A DNA stretch of 64,000 bases from an uncultured bacterium (GTDB lineage: Bacteria; Krumholzibacteriota; Krumholzibacteriia; Krumholzibacteriales; Krumholzibacteriaceae). Below are positions 27,626 through 38,400 of the stretch, piece by piece. Position numbers and translations under genes: made by a program. The notes beneath the pieces were generated by a model. It was given only the letters and a program-made list of their open reading frames with translations, was not told the DNA's origin and did no database searches. The stretch is taken from positions 288,001-352,000 of the forward strand of contig CAWBAN010000004.1 of NCBI GenBank assembly GCA_963786935.1, in the 5' to 3' direction. Position 1 is the stretch's first letter; each line of letters opens with the position of its first letter.

Positions 27626-28886
27626 TTCGTTCGCCTGCCTCGTCGCCGCGATCGTGATGATCATGGCATCGCGTTCGGCGGCCCAATGGCGGGTGATCCC
27701 CGAGGTCCGCCTGTCGGGAGGCGAGGAGTCCGATCTCGTGATCGACCCGAGCGTCAACCGCGTGGTCGTTCCCGGGGGCGCGTTCGCGGAGCTCTCGCCA
27801 CGGCTCGCCGCGAGAGGCTGGATCGGAAGGGACGCGATTCTCGATCTCGGAACGTTTGCGTCGTTTCAACAATTCTTCAACGACGAATCGCGTCTTCTGT
27901 ACGCGCAGACGATCTGGGGCGATCTCTACCAGAACTTCGGCCGATCGTTTCGCGGCCGCCTCTCGACGGCGTTCGACTATTTCAACGATTCGGAGCAAGC
28001 CGAAGTCCGCCGTTTCGGGTATGGCGCGGAGGCGGGGTTCGGTTTCGTTCGTCCGCGGTGGAACGTGGAGCTCTGGGGCGCCGCCTACGGCCGGAGCTAT
28101 CCGAATCTCGCCGTGAAGAACATACACGAACAGTCGTCGACATACACGGAAACCACCTGGAGCGGCGCGGGGACCGTTCGCGTCGCGCCCGCGGGACGCG
28201 TCAGCGTGAGAACGGACGCGATCTATCAAGCGACCGACGCGCTCGATGCATACTACGACTCCGAGTCGCTGACGGCGTCCGGGAGTATCGACGCGCGCGT
28301 GGCCTCTTCGCTCTTTATAACGTTTTCCGGAACATATCAGAAAAGGGAGTTCATCGACCGCGCGGCTCTCGAGGACGAGGACGAATATCTCCAGGCGGGC
28401 GTGGGGATGCGCTACACGGTGGCGCCGGGATGGATGATACTCGCGCGCGCGGCGTTTTCGAATTACACGTGGCCCGACGGGAGCGATGAGGACTCGCACC
28501 GTTTTTCCGTTGGCGTGAACTACGCGTGGGGCAGGCGCGATGCGCCGCCGCCGCCGCGTGTCGACATCGATATGATCGTCCGCGAAAGCCGGGGCGCGAT
28601 CCAGACACCCGACGCGCGCGGGAGCGTGGTGCTCCGGATCAAGGCGCCGGACGCCGCGAGCGTATCCGTCGTCGGAACGTTCAACGGGTGGGAGAGCGGC
28701 GCGACTCCGCTTGCGAAAGCGGCTGACGGATGGTGGGAAGCGCGCGTGACGCTCGGGCCGGGGACCTACGAGTACGCCTATATGGTTGACGGAGCGTACC
28801 TGACGCCGCCGGAATCCCTTGTCACGCTGGAAGACGGCTTCGGAAGGTTCAATGGCATCCTGGAAGTGATGCCGCTCGAAAAATAG
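27600..28886 (+). CDS. Outer-membrane beta-barrel with C-terminal glycogen-binding (CBM48-like) domain
   Basis: Signal peptide; beta strands ending SVGVNYAWG; Pro linker; VSVVGTFNGW..WEARVTLGPGTYEYAYMVDG..EDGFGRFNGIL; start uncertain. Confidence 0.8.
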   Translation: MQSSKWGRNSFACLVAAIVMIMASRSAAQWRVIPEVRLSGGEESDLVIDPSVNRVVVPGGAFAELSPRLAARGWIGRDAILDLGTFASFQQFFNDESRLLYAQTIWGDLYQNFGRSFRGRLSTAFDYFNDSEQAEVRRFGYGAEAGFGFVRPRWNVELWGAAYGRSYPNLAVKNIHEQSSTYTETTWSGAGTVRVAPAGRVSVRTDAIYQATDALDAYYDSESLTASGSIDARVASSLFITFSGTYQKREFIDRAALEDEDEYLQAGVGMRYTVAPGWMILARAAFSNYTWPDGSDEDSHRFSVGVNYAWGRRDAPPPPRVDIDMIVRESRGAIQTPDARGSVVLRIKAPDAASVSVVGTFNGWESGATPLAKAADGWWEARVTLGPGTYEYAYMVDGAYLTPPESLVTLEDGFGRFNGILEVMPLEK

Positions 28887-28894
28887 CCGCGCGG

Positions 28895-28924
28895 GTGTAA
28901 CGCGCGAGGGATTCAGTCGTCTCA
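28895..28924 (+). promoter_or_regulatory. Second copy of the ECF promoter motif
   Basis: GTGTAAC-N16-CGTCTCA upstream of 28989. Confidence 0.75.
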
Positions 28925-28988
28925 ATAGATGCGACGGAGGAAAGACTCTCTGGAACCCGTCGGGAGATCAGGATAGGAGGCACGCCGT

Positions 28989-30017
28989 ATGAAAAAGCAA
29001 CTCACACGTACGACGATAGTGAACGGTTCTTTGATCGTTCTCTTCGCTCTTCTTCTCATGGGGCCGCTCGCCCGCGCCGCTTCGGCGCAGGATAACGAGC
29101 GCCAGCGGATCCGCGATCGGATCGAGAGCGAACAGGGACTTCAAACGCAGGAACGCGAACAGCTCCGCCGGCATCTCAGCGAGTGCGAGAAGCTCGGTCT
29201 CGACGACGCGGCGGTCGGCACGATCTTCAGCGAGAGCGAACCGCTCCAGCGACAGATCCGGGCGCAGGAACGCGTCCTCGCCATGGCGCGCGAGGGTCTT
29301 CCCATCGATCCGGTGACGCAAAAGCTCCAGGAGGGCCGGCGGAAAGGCGTGAGCGAAGAGGTGCTGGAGAAGGTGTGCGCGCGCATGGAGGAGGATGTCC
29401 GCGCGGCGAATCGCCACATGCAGAAAGCGCGGGAAGCGGGCGTGACGCCGGGGGACCGCGACGCCGAACGCCGCCGCACGGCCGATATGGCGAAGCAGAT
29501 GTTCAACGGTTTTGGAGAGGGCGACATGGATCGACTCCACGAGAGCGCGCGTCTTCGGCTTCGCGACGGCTCGTGCGCGACCGAAGATCTTACCGCGGCC
29601 GCCGAAACGACCGTCAAGCTGCGCGCGATGGGGATCGAGCGCGAGAGGGCTGCTCGCCTGGCGGGGGAGGCGCTGCAGTTCGGCTACACGGCCCGTGAGA
29701 TGCGCCAGTTCAGCTGGATGATTATGACGGCGAAGACGCACGGCGGCCCGCAGAACGCCGTGCTCGAGACAATCGAGCGCGGCATCCGGAATCAGTATCA
29801 GATCAACGAGATGGTCCGTGAAATGTACCAGTACGGCTGGATGGGCCCCGCTGACGAACGCGGCGGACATGGCGGACAGGATCCGACGGGCGGCGCGGGC
29901 GGCCGTCGCGGCGGAGGCGGAACGGACGGCAAGGGCGAAATGGGCGGGCCCGGCGGTTCCGGTGAGCAGACGGGCCAGGGCGGAACGGGTGGCGGCGGAG
30001 GTAACGGGAACGGCTGA
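28989..30017 (+). CDS. Secreted alpha-helical protein with Gly-rich tail
   Basis: SD AGGAGG; signal peptide; E/R-rich helices; C-terminal GGxGG low-complexity region. Confidence 0.8.
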   Translation: MKKQLTRTTIVNGSLIVLFALLLMGPLARAASAQDNERQRIRDRIESEQGLQTQEREQLRRHLSECEKLGLDDAAVGTIFSESEPLQRQIRAQERVLAMAREGLPIDPVTQKLQEGRRKGVSEEVLEKVCARMEEDVRAANRHMQKAREAGVTPGDRDAERRRTADMAKQMFNGFGEGDMDRLHESARLRLRDGSCATEDLTAAAETTVKLRAMGIERERAARLAGEALQFGYTAREMRQFSWMIMTAKTHGGPQNAVLETIERGIRNQYQINEMVREMYQYGWMGPADERGGHGGQDPTGGAGGRRGGGGTDGKGEMGGPGGSGEQTGQGGTGGGGGNGNG

Positions 30018-30161
30018 CGGCGAACGCGACATATTCCGGTCGCGGAGGCCGCCGCACCGCGCGTCAACTGTGTGAAGGACGCAACTTCAGAGCGACGCAG
30101 CAGGCAGGCAGCAGGCAGGGCAGCAAGCGGGCAGCACACTTGAACCTGAGGAGGACACGCT

Positions 30162-30533
30162 ATGCGTAAGATGATCACTATCGCAGCAGTCATGCTCGCG
30201 ATTTTCGTCCTTGCTTCCCCGTCCGTGATGGCGGGCAGCGGCAAAGGCACGGGCGAAGGGAATCACTTCAAGAAATTCTACCAGTGGCTCAGGGATGACG
30301 ACGGGGACGGCATTCCGAATTGCCTCGATCCCGACTACGTGAGGCCCGAAGACGGCGCCGGTTACGGCAAGCTCGGTCCGAGCTTGAGCGCCGTTCAGGG
30401 CGGAGACAGGGATCAGATCAGAGACAGGGATCAGATTCGGGATCGCGATCAGCTCAAGGACGGATCCTGCAATGAAACGTGCACCGGCAACGTGTATAAG
30501 CTGAGCTATAAGTGGGCGGGATCCAAGAAGTAG
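30162..30533 (+). CDS. Small secreted protein with DxDGDG Ca-binding-like motif and DRDQIR repeats
   Basis: SD GAGGAGG; signal peptide; DDDGDGIPNCLDPDY; 18-nt tandem repeat at 30405-30455. Confidence 0.8.
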   Translation: MRKMITIAAVMLAIFVLASPSVMAGSGKGTGEGNHFKKFYQWLRDDDGDGIPNCLDPDYVRPEDGAGYGKLGPSLSAVQGGDRDQIRDRDQIRDRDQLKDGSCNETCTGNVYKLSYKWAGSKK

Positions 30534-30574
30534 CTGCTCTCCGCTTCGTTACTCGCCTTGCTGCGCATTGTCGA

Positions 30575-30616
30575 GACGCCCCCAGGCTCGCGAGCCCGGG
30601 GGCGTCCGCATATTTT
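30575..30616 (+). terminator. Probable terminator closing the ECF locus
   Basis: GACGCCCCCAGGCTC/GAGCCCGGGGGCGTC stem followed by TATTTT. Confidence 0.6.
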
Positions 30617-30872
30617 CCGAAAGAACAACCCAGGAATCGGCCTTGACACAAAGACCGAATTGCTCCAGTATTGTCCTGGCGGCTTTTAATAATTTTACAT
30701 TCGAGTTGAAATGGGTTGAGGCAGGGGCAACGACCGCCGGATCGGCGTCTCGCGGCCCCGGCCATGAGACCGTCCATTGGAAGAAAGGAGGCAGGCAACG
30801 CTCGTTGTGCAGGCCTGATCTCCAGCGAGACCAGGCAGCGTAGGATTCGCTGAACCGGAGGGAGGTCGGAAT

Positions 30873-32312
30873 ATGTGGAAACGCACGTTATTCGTCATAC
30901 TCGGTCTCGCGTTCCTCGCGTTCGGCTGCTCGGAGGAGGCGTCGACGCCGCTCGCGCCCGCGGGAGAACAGGGACTCGACATCTCGGCGGACGTCCATGC
31001 GACGGCATGGGCGATGGTGAATCAGGCCAAATGGCCGGTGGAAGCAACCGAGAGCGAGCTGGCCGAGGCCGGCCTGAAGGCCGGCGCCCAATCCGTTGTT
31101 CCGCTGTGTAATTTCAACCGTGCCGTGATCGCGGGAGACATCGTGCACTACAGCGCCACGATTATCACGGGGCCCGGGAAATACGACAAGATCGGCATTC
31201 ACCGCGTGGTTCAGGAGAAGAGTCCTTATCGTCCGATCCGGACGAAGAAGGCGTTCTTCCTGCTGCACGGGGATCTCAAGCGTTTCGAGACCATGTGGAT
31301 GCCGGGGCTGTTCTCCTCCAGTCTGCCCGACGACTTCGGTCTCGCCGTATACCTTGCGCGGAACGGCGTCGATGTGTGGGGTATGGACCAGGCCTGGAAC
31401 TTCGTGCCGAGAAGTGAGACCGATTTTTCCTTCTTCGCCGACTGGGGCATCCAGAGGGAGGTCGATCATCTCGAGATCGGGTTGAGCGTCGCGCGTGCCG
31501 CGCGGCTCATCACCGGAAACGGCTACGACAAAATGCTGCTTCTCGGCTACAGCAGCGGCTCCGCCACCGGGTACGCTCTCCTGAATCAGGAGTCGCAATG
31601 GCCCGACTGCAAGCGACAGGTGAAGGGATTCGTCGCGGCGGATCTGGGCGTGCGGTCCGACGATCCGGACTGGATCGCGTCATGGGAAGGCTGGCTGGCC
31701 TACTATCAGGGAACCTACGACGCCGGGCAGTATCAGGATCCCATCTGGATATTCCAGGACGTCGCCATGCTGGCGCGGACCGAGCCTGACGCCGATTCGC
31801 CCTACATCCCAGGATTTACGAACTGGCAATGCGCGCTCTACTACGGGGGCGGACAAATCTTCGGCAATGTCGCCGGTCACTATCACGCCCCGGTCCTGCA
31901 AGATGGGCTGCCCGTCGATTTCCAGTTCATCACGATCGATCAGTGGCTCGATTTCATCACGGCCACCGGCGCGTACGAGCCCATTCTCTTCGAGCGGGAT
32001 TACTCGGTCATGGTTGCAGGGCTGCCCAGCCCTTACGTCGAGCACCTCGGGGATATCACGGTGCCCGTGTTCGACCTCGGCGGGGCGGGAGGGGTTGCGC
32101 CGTACACGGCGGCGACCCGATCCTATCTCGGGAGCAGTGATATAACGTATCTCTATGTCACGGTGGGTGCGCCCGACCCCACCCTCGATTTCGGCCACAT
32201 AGACCTATTCACCGGCCGGAACGCGCCCGAGCTGGTGTGGCAGCCGATACTGCAGTGGATAGAGGACCATTCGACAACGCACAAGAACGGTGGGGATCTG
32301 GCGAAAGAGTGA
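30873..32312 (+). CDS. Alpha/beta-hydrolase-fold lipoprotein
   Basis: Lipobox AFGC; LLHG; nucleophile elbow GYSSG; C-terminal GHIDLF. Confidence 0.8.
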   Translation: MWKRTLFVILGLAFLAFGCSEEASTPLAPAGEQGLDISADVHATAWAMVNQAKWPVEATESELAEAGLKAGAQSVVPLCNFNRAVIAGDIVHYSATIITGPGKYDKIGIHRVVQEKSPYRPIRTKKAFFLLHGDLKRFETMWMPGLFSSSLPDDFGLAVYLARNGVDVWGMDQAWNFVPRSETDFSFFADWGIQREVDHLEIGLSVARAARLITGNGYDKMLLLGYSSGSATGYALLNQESQWPDCKRQVKGFVAADLGVRSDDPDWIASWEGWLAYYQGTYDAGQYQDPIWIFQDVAMLARTEPDADSPYIPGFTNWQCALYYGGGQIFGNVAGHYHAPVLQDGLPVDFQFITIDQWLDFITATGAYEPILFERDYSVMVAGLPSPYVEHLGDITVPVFDLGGAGGVAPYTAATRSYLGSSDITYLYVTVGAPDPTLDFGHIDLFTGRNAPELVWQPILQWIEDHSTTHKNGGDLAKE

Positions 32313-32360
32313 GAGTCGCAGGTTCGGTTACGGAACCGAACGTGCGGTGCGCTGTAACTC

Positions 32361-32398
32361 GGGGCTCCGCGGCATGCCCGCGGGGCCCTTGTCTTCTC
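32361..32398 (+). terminator. Intrinsic terminator
   Basis: GGGGCTCCGCGG/CCGCGGGGCCCC stem followed by TTGTCTTCT. Confidence 0.6.
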
Positions 32399-32455
32399 CG
32401 AGGATCAGTGTTCAAATGCGGGACGGCGACCGCCAAAAGGCTCGAAGCCTCGCGG

Positions 32456-34459
32456 CTATTCTTCTCTCTCCTCGGATGCTTCGATCGAGTCGTCGGGCGC
32501 GCGTTTGCTCTCTTCGAGCAGCAGGCGGGCGGGGCCCTTCAGCCGGATATCGGGGATGAGCGTATCCAAATCCTCCTGGCCGATCATTTCCCGTTTCAGC
32601 ATTTTGCGGGACACGTCGCCGTAGTAGGCTTTCACCCATGGACGAAGTTGCCCATTCTCGTCGAATGAATACATGAAACGGTTGGGCCGCGGGATGATGC
32701 TCGCCATGAAGATCGCCTCGGCCAGGGTCAGATCCGCGACGTCCTTGTCGAAATAGAAACGCGCCGCTTCCTGCGCGCCGTGAATCCCCGGCCCCCATTC
32801 GATGATGTTCAGATAGATCTCGTACATGCGTTCCTTGGCGATCAGACGGTTCTCTTCGATCAGCCAGGTGATGATCATTTCCTCCAGCTTGCGGGCGACG
32901 GTCTTCTGTCTCGTGAGGTACAGGTTCTTGACCAGCTGCATGGAAATGGTGCTGGCCCCCCGGACGAAACGTCTCTCCTTCAGGTCGACGGCGATGGATC
33001 TCTTGAAGTGCTCGAGCAGGAAGCCTCGATGAGCGAAAAACGCGCCGTCCTCGGAAATCAGGACGGCGTTCCTGAGGAACGGGGAGATCCGGTCGAGGGC
33101 GCGGAAATTCGGATTCTCGGGCCCGACCATGAAGGATCTCAGCGCCTGGCCCCGCTCGTACACCGTGTGAAGAAAAGGCTCGTTGACGGCCCTGAAATCG
33201 ACGCGGCCGAACCGCTCGATTCTGAAATCGCGCTTCTCGATCTCCGATTCGAGGCGGAGCGAATCGGGGCGCGCGAAATCGACGAAGAAGCTCAACCGGT
33301 ACGCGAGCTCCCCGCTCGTGCGGATGCCGGCGAGCCCGGTGAACAGCCCCGCCGGGAGCGAGCTGAAGAGATCGTCCGCCTTGAATCCGGTCCTGTCGAT
33401 CTCCAGCGTCAATTGTCGCTCGGGCCTGATCCTGAGCTTGAGGTACGGATGAAATGAAAGCCCGTTGAACGAAACCCGCGTCAGCCTGTCGACCTCGAAA
33501 TAATCGGTGCCGATACGCACGGCATAGTCGACGGCGGCGTTCCGCAGGTATACGTCTTCCGCGGCGACGCGCGGGTGGTTGAGCGTCAGGCCGCCGATCG
33601 CCAGCCGCCCGTCGAGATGCAGCGCGCGGCCGCGGATGCCGCCGCTTTCGAGGCGGACGGCGAGGGAATCGAAGCTGACCCGAACGTCCCATTGCCGGTC
33701 GATGAACGGCACGGTGATTCTTTCCCCGGGCCGCAGGGGTGACAGGCTGAACGCCGCCAGCTTCCTTTTTCGGTCGATGTTTCCCGCGAAACGGCAGGCC
33801 CGCTTCTTTCCCTGATCATCGACCTCGATGGCGGTTTCGAAGTCGGAAGCGTTGACGGCCAGCCGGGCGATCCCGAAGGTCTGTCTGACCCGATCGATAT
33901 CGGAATTAACCGTGAGGCGGTTTATTTCCAGGCTGTCCGGAACACGCCTGAAAAACAGATCGATGAGGTACCCCGCCTGAGCGGAATACGCGCGCGGCCG
34001 GCCCCCGCGCCGAATCGGCTTCGTTCCGGCGGCGCGCCGGGCGGACTCGCGATCCGGCATGCTGTCTTGGCGAAGATCGATCGTGAGATCGTTCATCTCG
34101 ACGCGCGTGGGCCGCACCTGAGCGATGAGCATCTTCCCGATGGAGACCTTGACGCGACATGAGCGCAGGTCGACGGAGAGGATTCCGTTCGGGGACCATA
34201 TGCGGACGTCATCGAAAATAACGCGGTCGAGTCCGCTGAACTTCGCCGAGCCTATGCTGACGACGGTCCCCTCGTGCCTGCGCTGATAGGCTTGGATCTT
34301 ACGATCCAGCGCGCTTTCCAGAATGATGTTGCGCAACACAAAAAGCGCCGCGCACAGGACGAGCGCCGCGCCCAGCACGAGCAGCGCGCCGATCTTCAGC
34401 GCTCTTCGTGCTCGCGGGCCGGCGACGTTTCCCCTGACCTGTTTGAGCCTATCGATCAA
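32456..34459 (-). CDS. Monofunctional peptidoglycan transglycosylase (GT51) with large N-terminal domain
   Basis: SEDGAFFAHRG, GASTISMQLVKN, RKLEE, EIYLN, GAQEAARFYF; no transpeptidase domain; N-terminal TM. Confidence 0.88.
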   Translation of the reverse strand: MIDRLKQVRGNVAGPRARRALKIGALLVLGAALVLCAALFVLRNIILESALDRKIQAYQRRHEGTVVSIGSAKFSGLDRVIFDDVRIWSPNGILSVDLRSCRVKVSIGKMLIAQVRPTRVEMNDLTIDLRQDSMPDRESARRAAGTKPIRRGGRPRAYSAQAGYLIDLFFRRVPDSLEINRLTVNSDIDRVRQTFGIARLAVNASDFETAIEVDDQGKKRACRFAGNIDRKRKLAAFSLSPLRPGERITVPFIDRQWDVRVSFDSLAVRLESGGIRGRALHLDGRLAIGGLTLNHPRVAAEDVYLRNAAVDYAVRIGTDYFEVDRLTRVSFNGLSFHPYLKLRIRPERQLTLEIDRTGFKADDLFSSLPAGLFTGLAGIRTSGELAYRLSFFVDFARPDSLRLESEIEKRDFRIERFGRVDFRAVNEPFLHTVYERGQALRSFMVGPENPNFRALDRISPFLRNAVLISEDGAFFAHRGFLLEHFKRSIAVDLKERRFVRGASTISMQLVKNLYLTRQKTVARKLEEMIITWLIEENRLIAKERMYEIYLNIIEWGPGIHGAQEAARFYFDKDVADLTLAEAIFMASIIPRPNRFMYSFDENGQLRPWVKAYYGDVSRKMLKREMIGQEDLDTLIPDIRLKGPARLLLEESKRAPDDSIEASEEREE

Positions 34460-34643
34460 ACTCGGAATCGTTCGACCTCCCCAAATACGAAATGAAAACG
34501 GATTCTATCATATTCCATCACGGGTTTCACGCCCGACTAAAAGACAGGTCTTGCTCGAAGGAGAAAACGCGTGATAAAGTGAGCGCGTAGGCGACGGCAG
34601 GGCACTTGTTGCCCGCCGGGATCGCGCCGGCAAGGAGCTCGAA

Positions 34644-35411
34644 ATGTCCCCCTTCAGAAAAGCGCGTCCGATAATTCTCGCGATGGCGATGCTCGGCGTG
34701 GTCGCCACGAGCGGGGCCGCCAACGTGTCGTGCGACGCGAACGCCGCGGACTCGACGTCCGTTTCCGCCGCGCCCCGGCCGGCCGCGGCGTCGCCCGGCA
34801 CGCGCACGCTCTACCTTATCCGCCACGGTCTCTATGACGAGGACGATCCGCGCGACGAGGACGTCGGCAAGGGCCTGACCGAGGCCGGGCGCGCGCAGGC
34901 GCAGCTCGTGGGCGCGCGGCTGGCCGCTCTGGGCGTCCCGTTCGACACCCTTTGGGCGAGCCCCTTCACGCGCGCGCGGGAAACGGCTGCCATCGTCGCC
35001 CAGTCGCTTTCCGGCTTGACGCCCCGCATCGCGCCCGAGCTGGCGGAGTGCACGCCGACCACGCGGCGGAAGGATATCATGGCTGACGTGGCGCCGGGCG
35101 AGGCCGAGGCGTGCGTCGCGCAGCTGGAGCGGGCGTTCGCGCGCTTTTTCGTTCCTTCGCCCGCCGGGGAACGGCACGAGCTGCTCGTCTGCCACGGCAA
35201 TGTGATCCGCTGGCTGTGGTGCCGCGCCCTGGGCGTCGAAACGGCCGCGTGGCTGGGAATGGCGATCGCCAACTGCAGCATCACCGTGATCCAGGTGAAG
35301 CCCGACGGCGCCTGCAAGCTGTACGTCTTCGGCGACGCCGCCCACCTGCCGGCCGAATTGCAGACCTACCCGGGCGGCACATCCGCCCCCTGGCGGCCAT
35401 CGGCGCGATAA
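34644..35411 (+). CDS. Histidine phosphatase (PGAM5-like) with export signal
   Basis: LIRHG, SPFTRARETA, LVCHGNVIR; hydrophobic N-terminus. Confidence 0.88.
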   Translation: MSPFRKARPIILAMAMLGVVATSGAANVSCDANAADSTSVSAAPRPAAASPGTRTLYLIRHGLYDEDDPRDEDVGKGLTEAGRAQAQLVGARLAALGVPFDTLWASPFTRARETAAIVAQSLSGLTPRIAPELAECTPTTRRKDIMADVAPGEAEACVAQLERAFARFFVPSPAGERHELLVCHGNVIRWLWCRALGVETAAWLGMAIANCSITVIQVKPDGACKLYVFGDAAHLPAELQTYPGGTSAPWRPSAR

Positions 35412-35477
35412 GGTCGCGCGATCGCGACGGGGCGGTCGTTTCAAGATGAATGATCGGTCGGTTCGTGCGGCGGGAGC

Positions 35478-38400
35478 CTACTTGAGGTAAATGATCTTTC
35501 TCGTCTGATCGAAATCGCCCGCGACGAGCCTTATGAAGTAAACGCCGGAGGCTGCTCCGCGCGACGAATCGTCCTCGCCGTTCCAGATTATCTTGTGGCT
35601 GCCGGCCGCCTTGTCGGCATTTTCGAGCGTCCGCACGAGCCGGCCCGCCGTGTCGTATATCTTCACGGTGACATGCGCCGCCGCCGCCAATGAATAGGTG
35701 ACGGTCGTCGTGCCGTTGAACGGATTGGGGAAGTTCTGGCCCAGAGCATTCACCGGCGGAGGCGTTTCCTGTGTGCCGGTCGTGGTCCCCTCGATGCACG
35801 CCCCGTCCTCGTTGGAATATCCGCCCGCGTACCCCGCGTTGTCGACGATGTTGACGCGGTAGTAGCGGCAGCCGGACACGGGGCTGTGCACGAAGGTTTG
35901 GCTCGATGCCTCGACGATTCCCACGAAGTTGGATATGTCGGGCACGAATCCCTCGGCGGTATCCGAGTATACCGCGTAGTAATCGAATTCGCCCGCAAAC
36001 CTGTCTTCCCAGATGAGGGCTATCGAGGAGTCGCCCAACGCCGCGGCGGAAAGGCCCCGAACGTATTCCGGCGCCGCGGTCGCCGCTCCCGGCCCGCCGA
36101 AAGCGCCGACATCGGATCCGGAGCCGTCGGTATCGACGATCGATGGATCGCCGGTATCGATGCCGCCGGAATGCAAAGCGAGCTGGTAATCGCAGGCGGC
36201 CGTGTCTGCGTAATGGGGGCTCCTGCTGAAGTTCGTCGAATCGGGGACGAGCTCGACGACATCGCCGGCCAGGTTGCCGAAGCAATCGTTGAACCGGAAG
36301 GCGATATTGTCGGCGGGCACGGAGTGGAAGCCGCTCGGAGTGCCGTGCGTGATCAGGTTATTCGTCACGACACAGGAAACCGCGCGCGATAGAAAGACGT
36401 TTCCCCCAGCATAAAGGCCGCTGTTCCGGTCGAATGTGTTGTTCGTCCACTCGCCCCAGCAGCTGTCCGCGTAGATGCCGCCCGCGACGGCTCCCGCATC
36501 GTTCAGGGCGAGGATGGAGTTCTCCATGCCGAACACCGCTGCTTTGTGGCAGATCCCGCCTCCCATGGACGCCGCGTAGTTATGGAGCACTACGGCATGT
36601 TCGATCGATAGGGGGGAGCGTTCGCTGAAGATTCCGCCTCCGTTCATGAGACATGTATTGGACAGGATCGAATCGCCATCGGCCGAAAGGGTGGACAGCA
36701 CGGCGCAGACGCCTCCGCCGTTGCCGTAACCCGAGCAGGAATCGATGACGTTGCCCGACATCGTCACGGCCGAATGGAGGGCAAATATCCCGCCGCCGTT
36801 CTTGGTCCCCGAGAATTCGGGATTCGGCATCGATCCGGATATCGAGTTGCCCGTGATATCGGCGTCGGCCAGGTACAGGTAGATGCCGCCGCCGGTCTGG
36901 GCGCGGCATCCGGATATCGTGTTGCCGGTGATGGTGACCGAACCGTTGTAGCAGGCGATGGCGCCGCCTGCGCTGAACTGCGTCGCGTCCGTATATCCGC
37001 AATCGGTGAAAACGTTGTCCTTGATGAGAGCGTCGGAGTCATAGGTCAGAATTCCGCCGCCGTATATCCCGTTCATCGGAATAATCGCGAACGTGCCGGT
37101 GCCGCCGAGGATCACGAATCCCTCGATGCCCGGCATTCCGGAGGCGATCGTCACGAACGAGACCGGACTCCCGAAATGGGATATGGTCGTCGTCAGCGCT
37201 TCGGGATCTCGGGCGGTGAAGGTCGTGTTCCATCCTCCCATCAGATGGACGGCGTTGTGGATCTCCACCGCCTCGGCGTACGTACCTTCGGAGACCATGA
37301 TCGAGTCGCCCGGAGCCGCCGCGTCGACGGCGTCCTGTATGGACAGCGCGGCCCAGGAGGGCGTCGAGTACGGATAGATATTGCCGCCGGTGGTCGATAC
37401 GTAGCGGTACGGCTTCCCCGAAATGGTGAAGTCGCCGTCGCTCTCGTCGTATCCGCCGATCTCGCCGCCGTGCCAGGCGAGCACTCTTATCCTCGCGGTC
37501 GTGACGGGAAGATCGGCGACCTCCCAGGTATAGGAGCTGACGCCAATGAGACCCCGTGCGATTGTGTATTCGTAGCTGTCCCCGCCGTCGAGGCTCAGAA
37601 GGATGCTGACCGAATCCGGGGTGACGCGGCTCGTCGTCCAGACGAGCGGGTATTCCTCGCCGGCCTCGAGCTCTTCGCCGCCGTTGGGATCGTCGACGCG
37701 AACATAGACGGTGCTCGGAATATAGGAGATCTGCATCGTTCCCCATCCGATGTTGTTGGTCCCGTACTGGATATACGCGAATCCGTCCATTCCCCATCCC
37801 ACACCCCAGCTGTTCTTGACGATCCATGCCCCGTCCCCGCCGCACTTCGTGTCGTCCCATCCCACGATCAGCATGGCATGATAGCCCACGACGGGCTGCT
37901 GCTCGCTGAAGCATCCGGCTTGGTAATCGTAGAATCTGTCCGTGACGTCGTACGTGGTGTATACGGGGCCGGTGAGCAGGGCTTGCTTGATCGAGTTGAC
38001 GTCGTTGGCGACCTCCGCATAGCTTGCGATCCACGCCACCGGTTCACATTCTTCTTGTGTGCACGCATCGTTGTCGAGGTCTTCATAAGGGATACATGAT
38101 TCGCGAACCTGGCCGTACGTTTGCATCACGGCGTATGCCGCATAGGAGGTGCCTCCGCCGCAGCCGGAACCATACGGATTGCAGAAGAGCGTCTGTGCCT
38201 CCGATAGATCCTCGATCCTGTCGTCGAATATCCGGATGTGGGATTCGAGCTGGCCGACGCTGGCGAAGGCCCAGCACGAACCGCAACCTCTCTGGTCCTT
38301 GGCCGGTGTTGTTCCTCCGTGCGCGCGCCAGTCGAACACGGGTTCATACGTCGCGCCCGCCGGCGCCTGTATGATCGGGAGGTCTCTAGCTGCGCCGGGC

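Noticed and set aside
30690..30872. Known riboswitch in the long leader of the hydrolase gene
   Set aside because: No recognisable c-di-GMP, cobalamin, TPP or SAM consensus by eye
32352..32380. Third TGTAAC occurrence
   Set aside because: No CGTC at 16-nt spacing; lies in a terminator region between convergent genes
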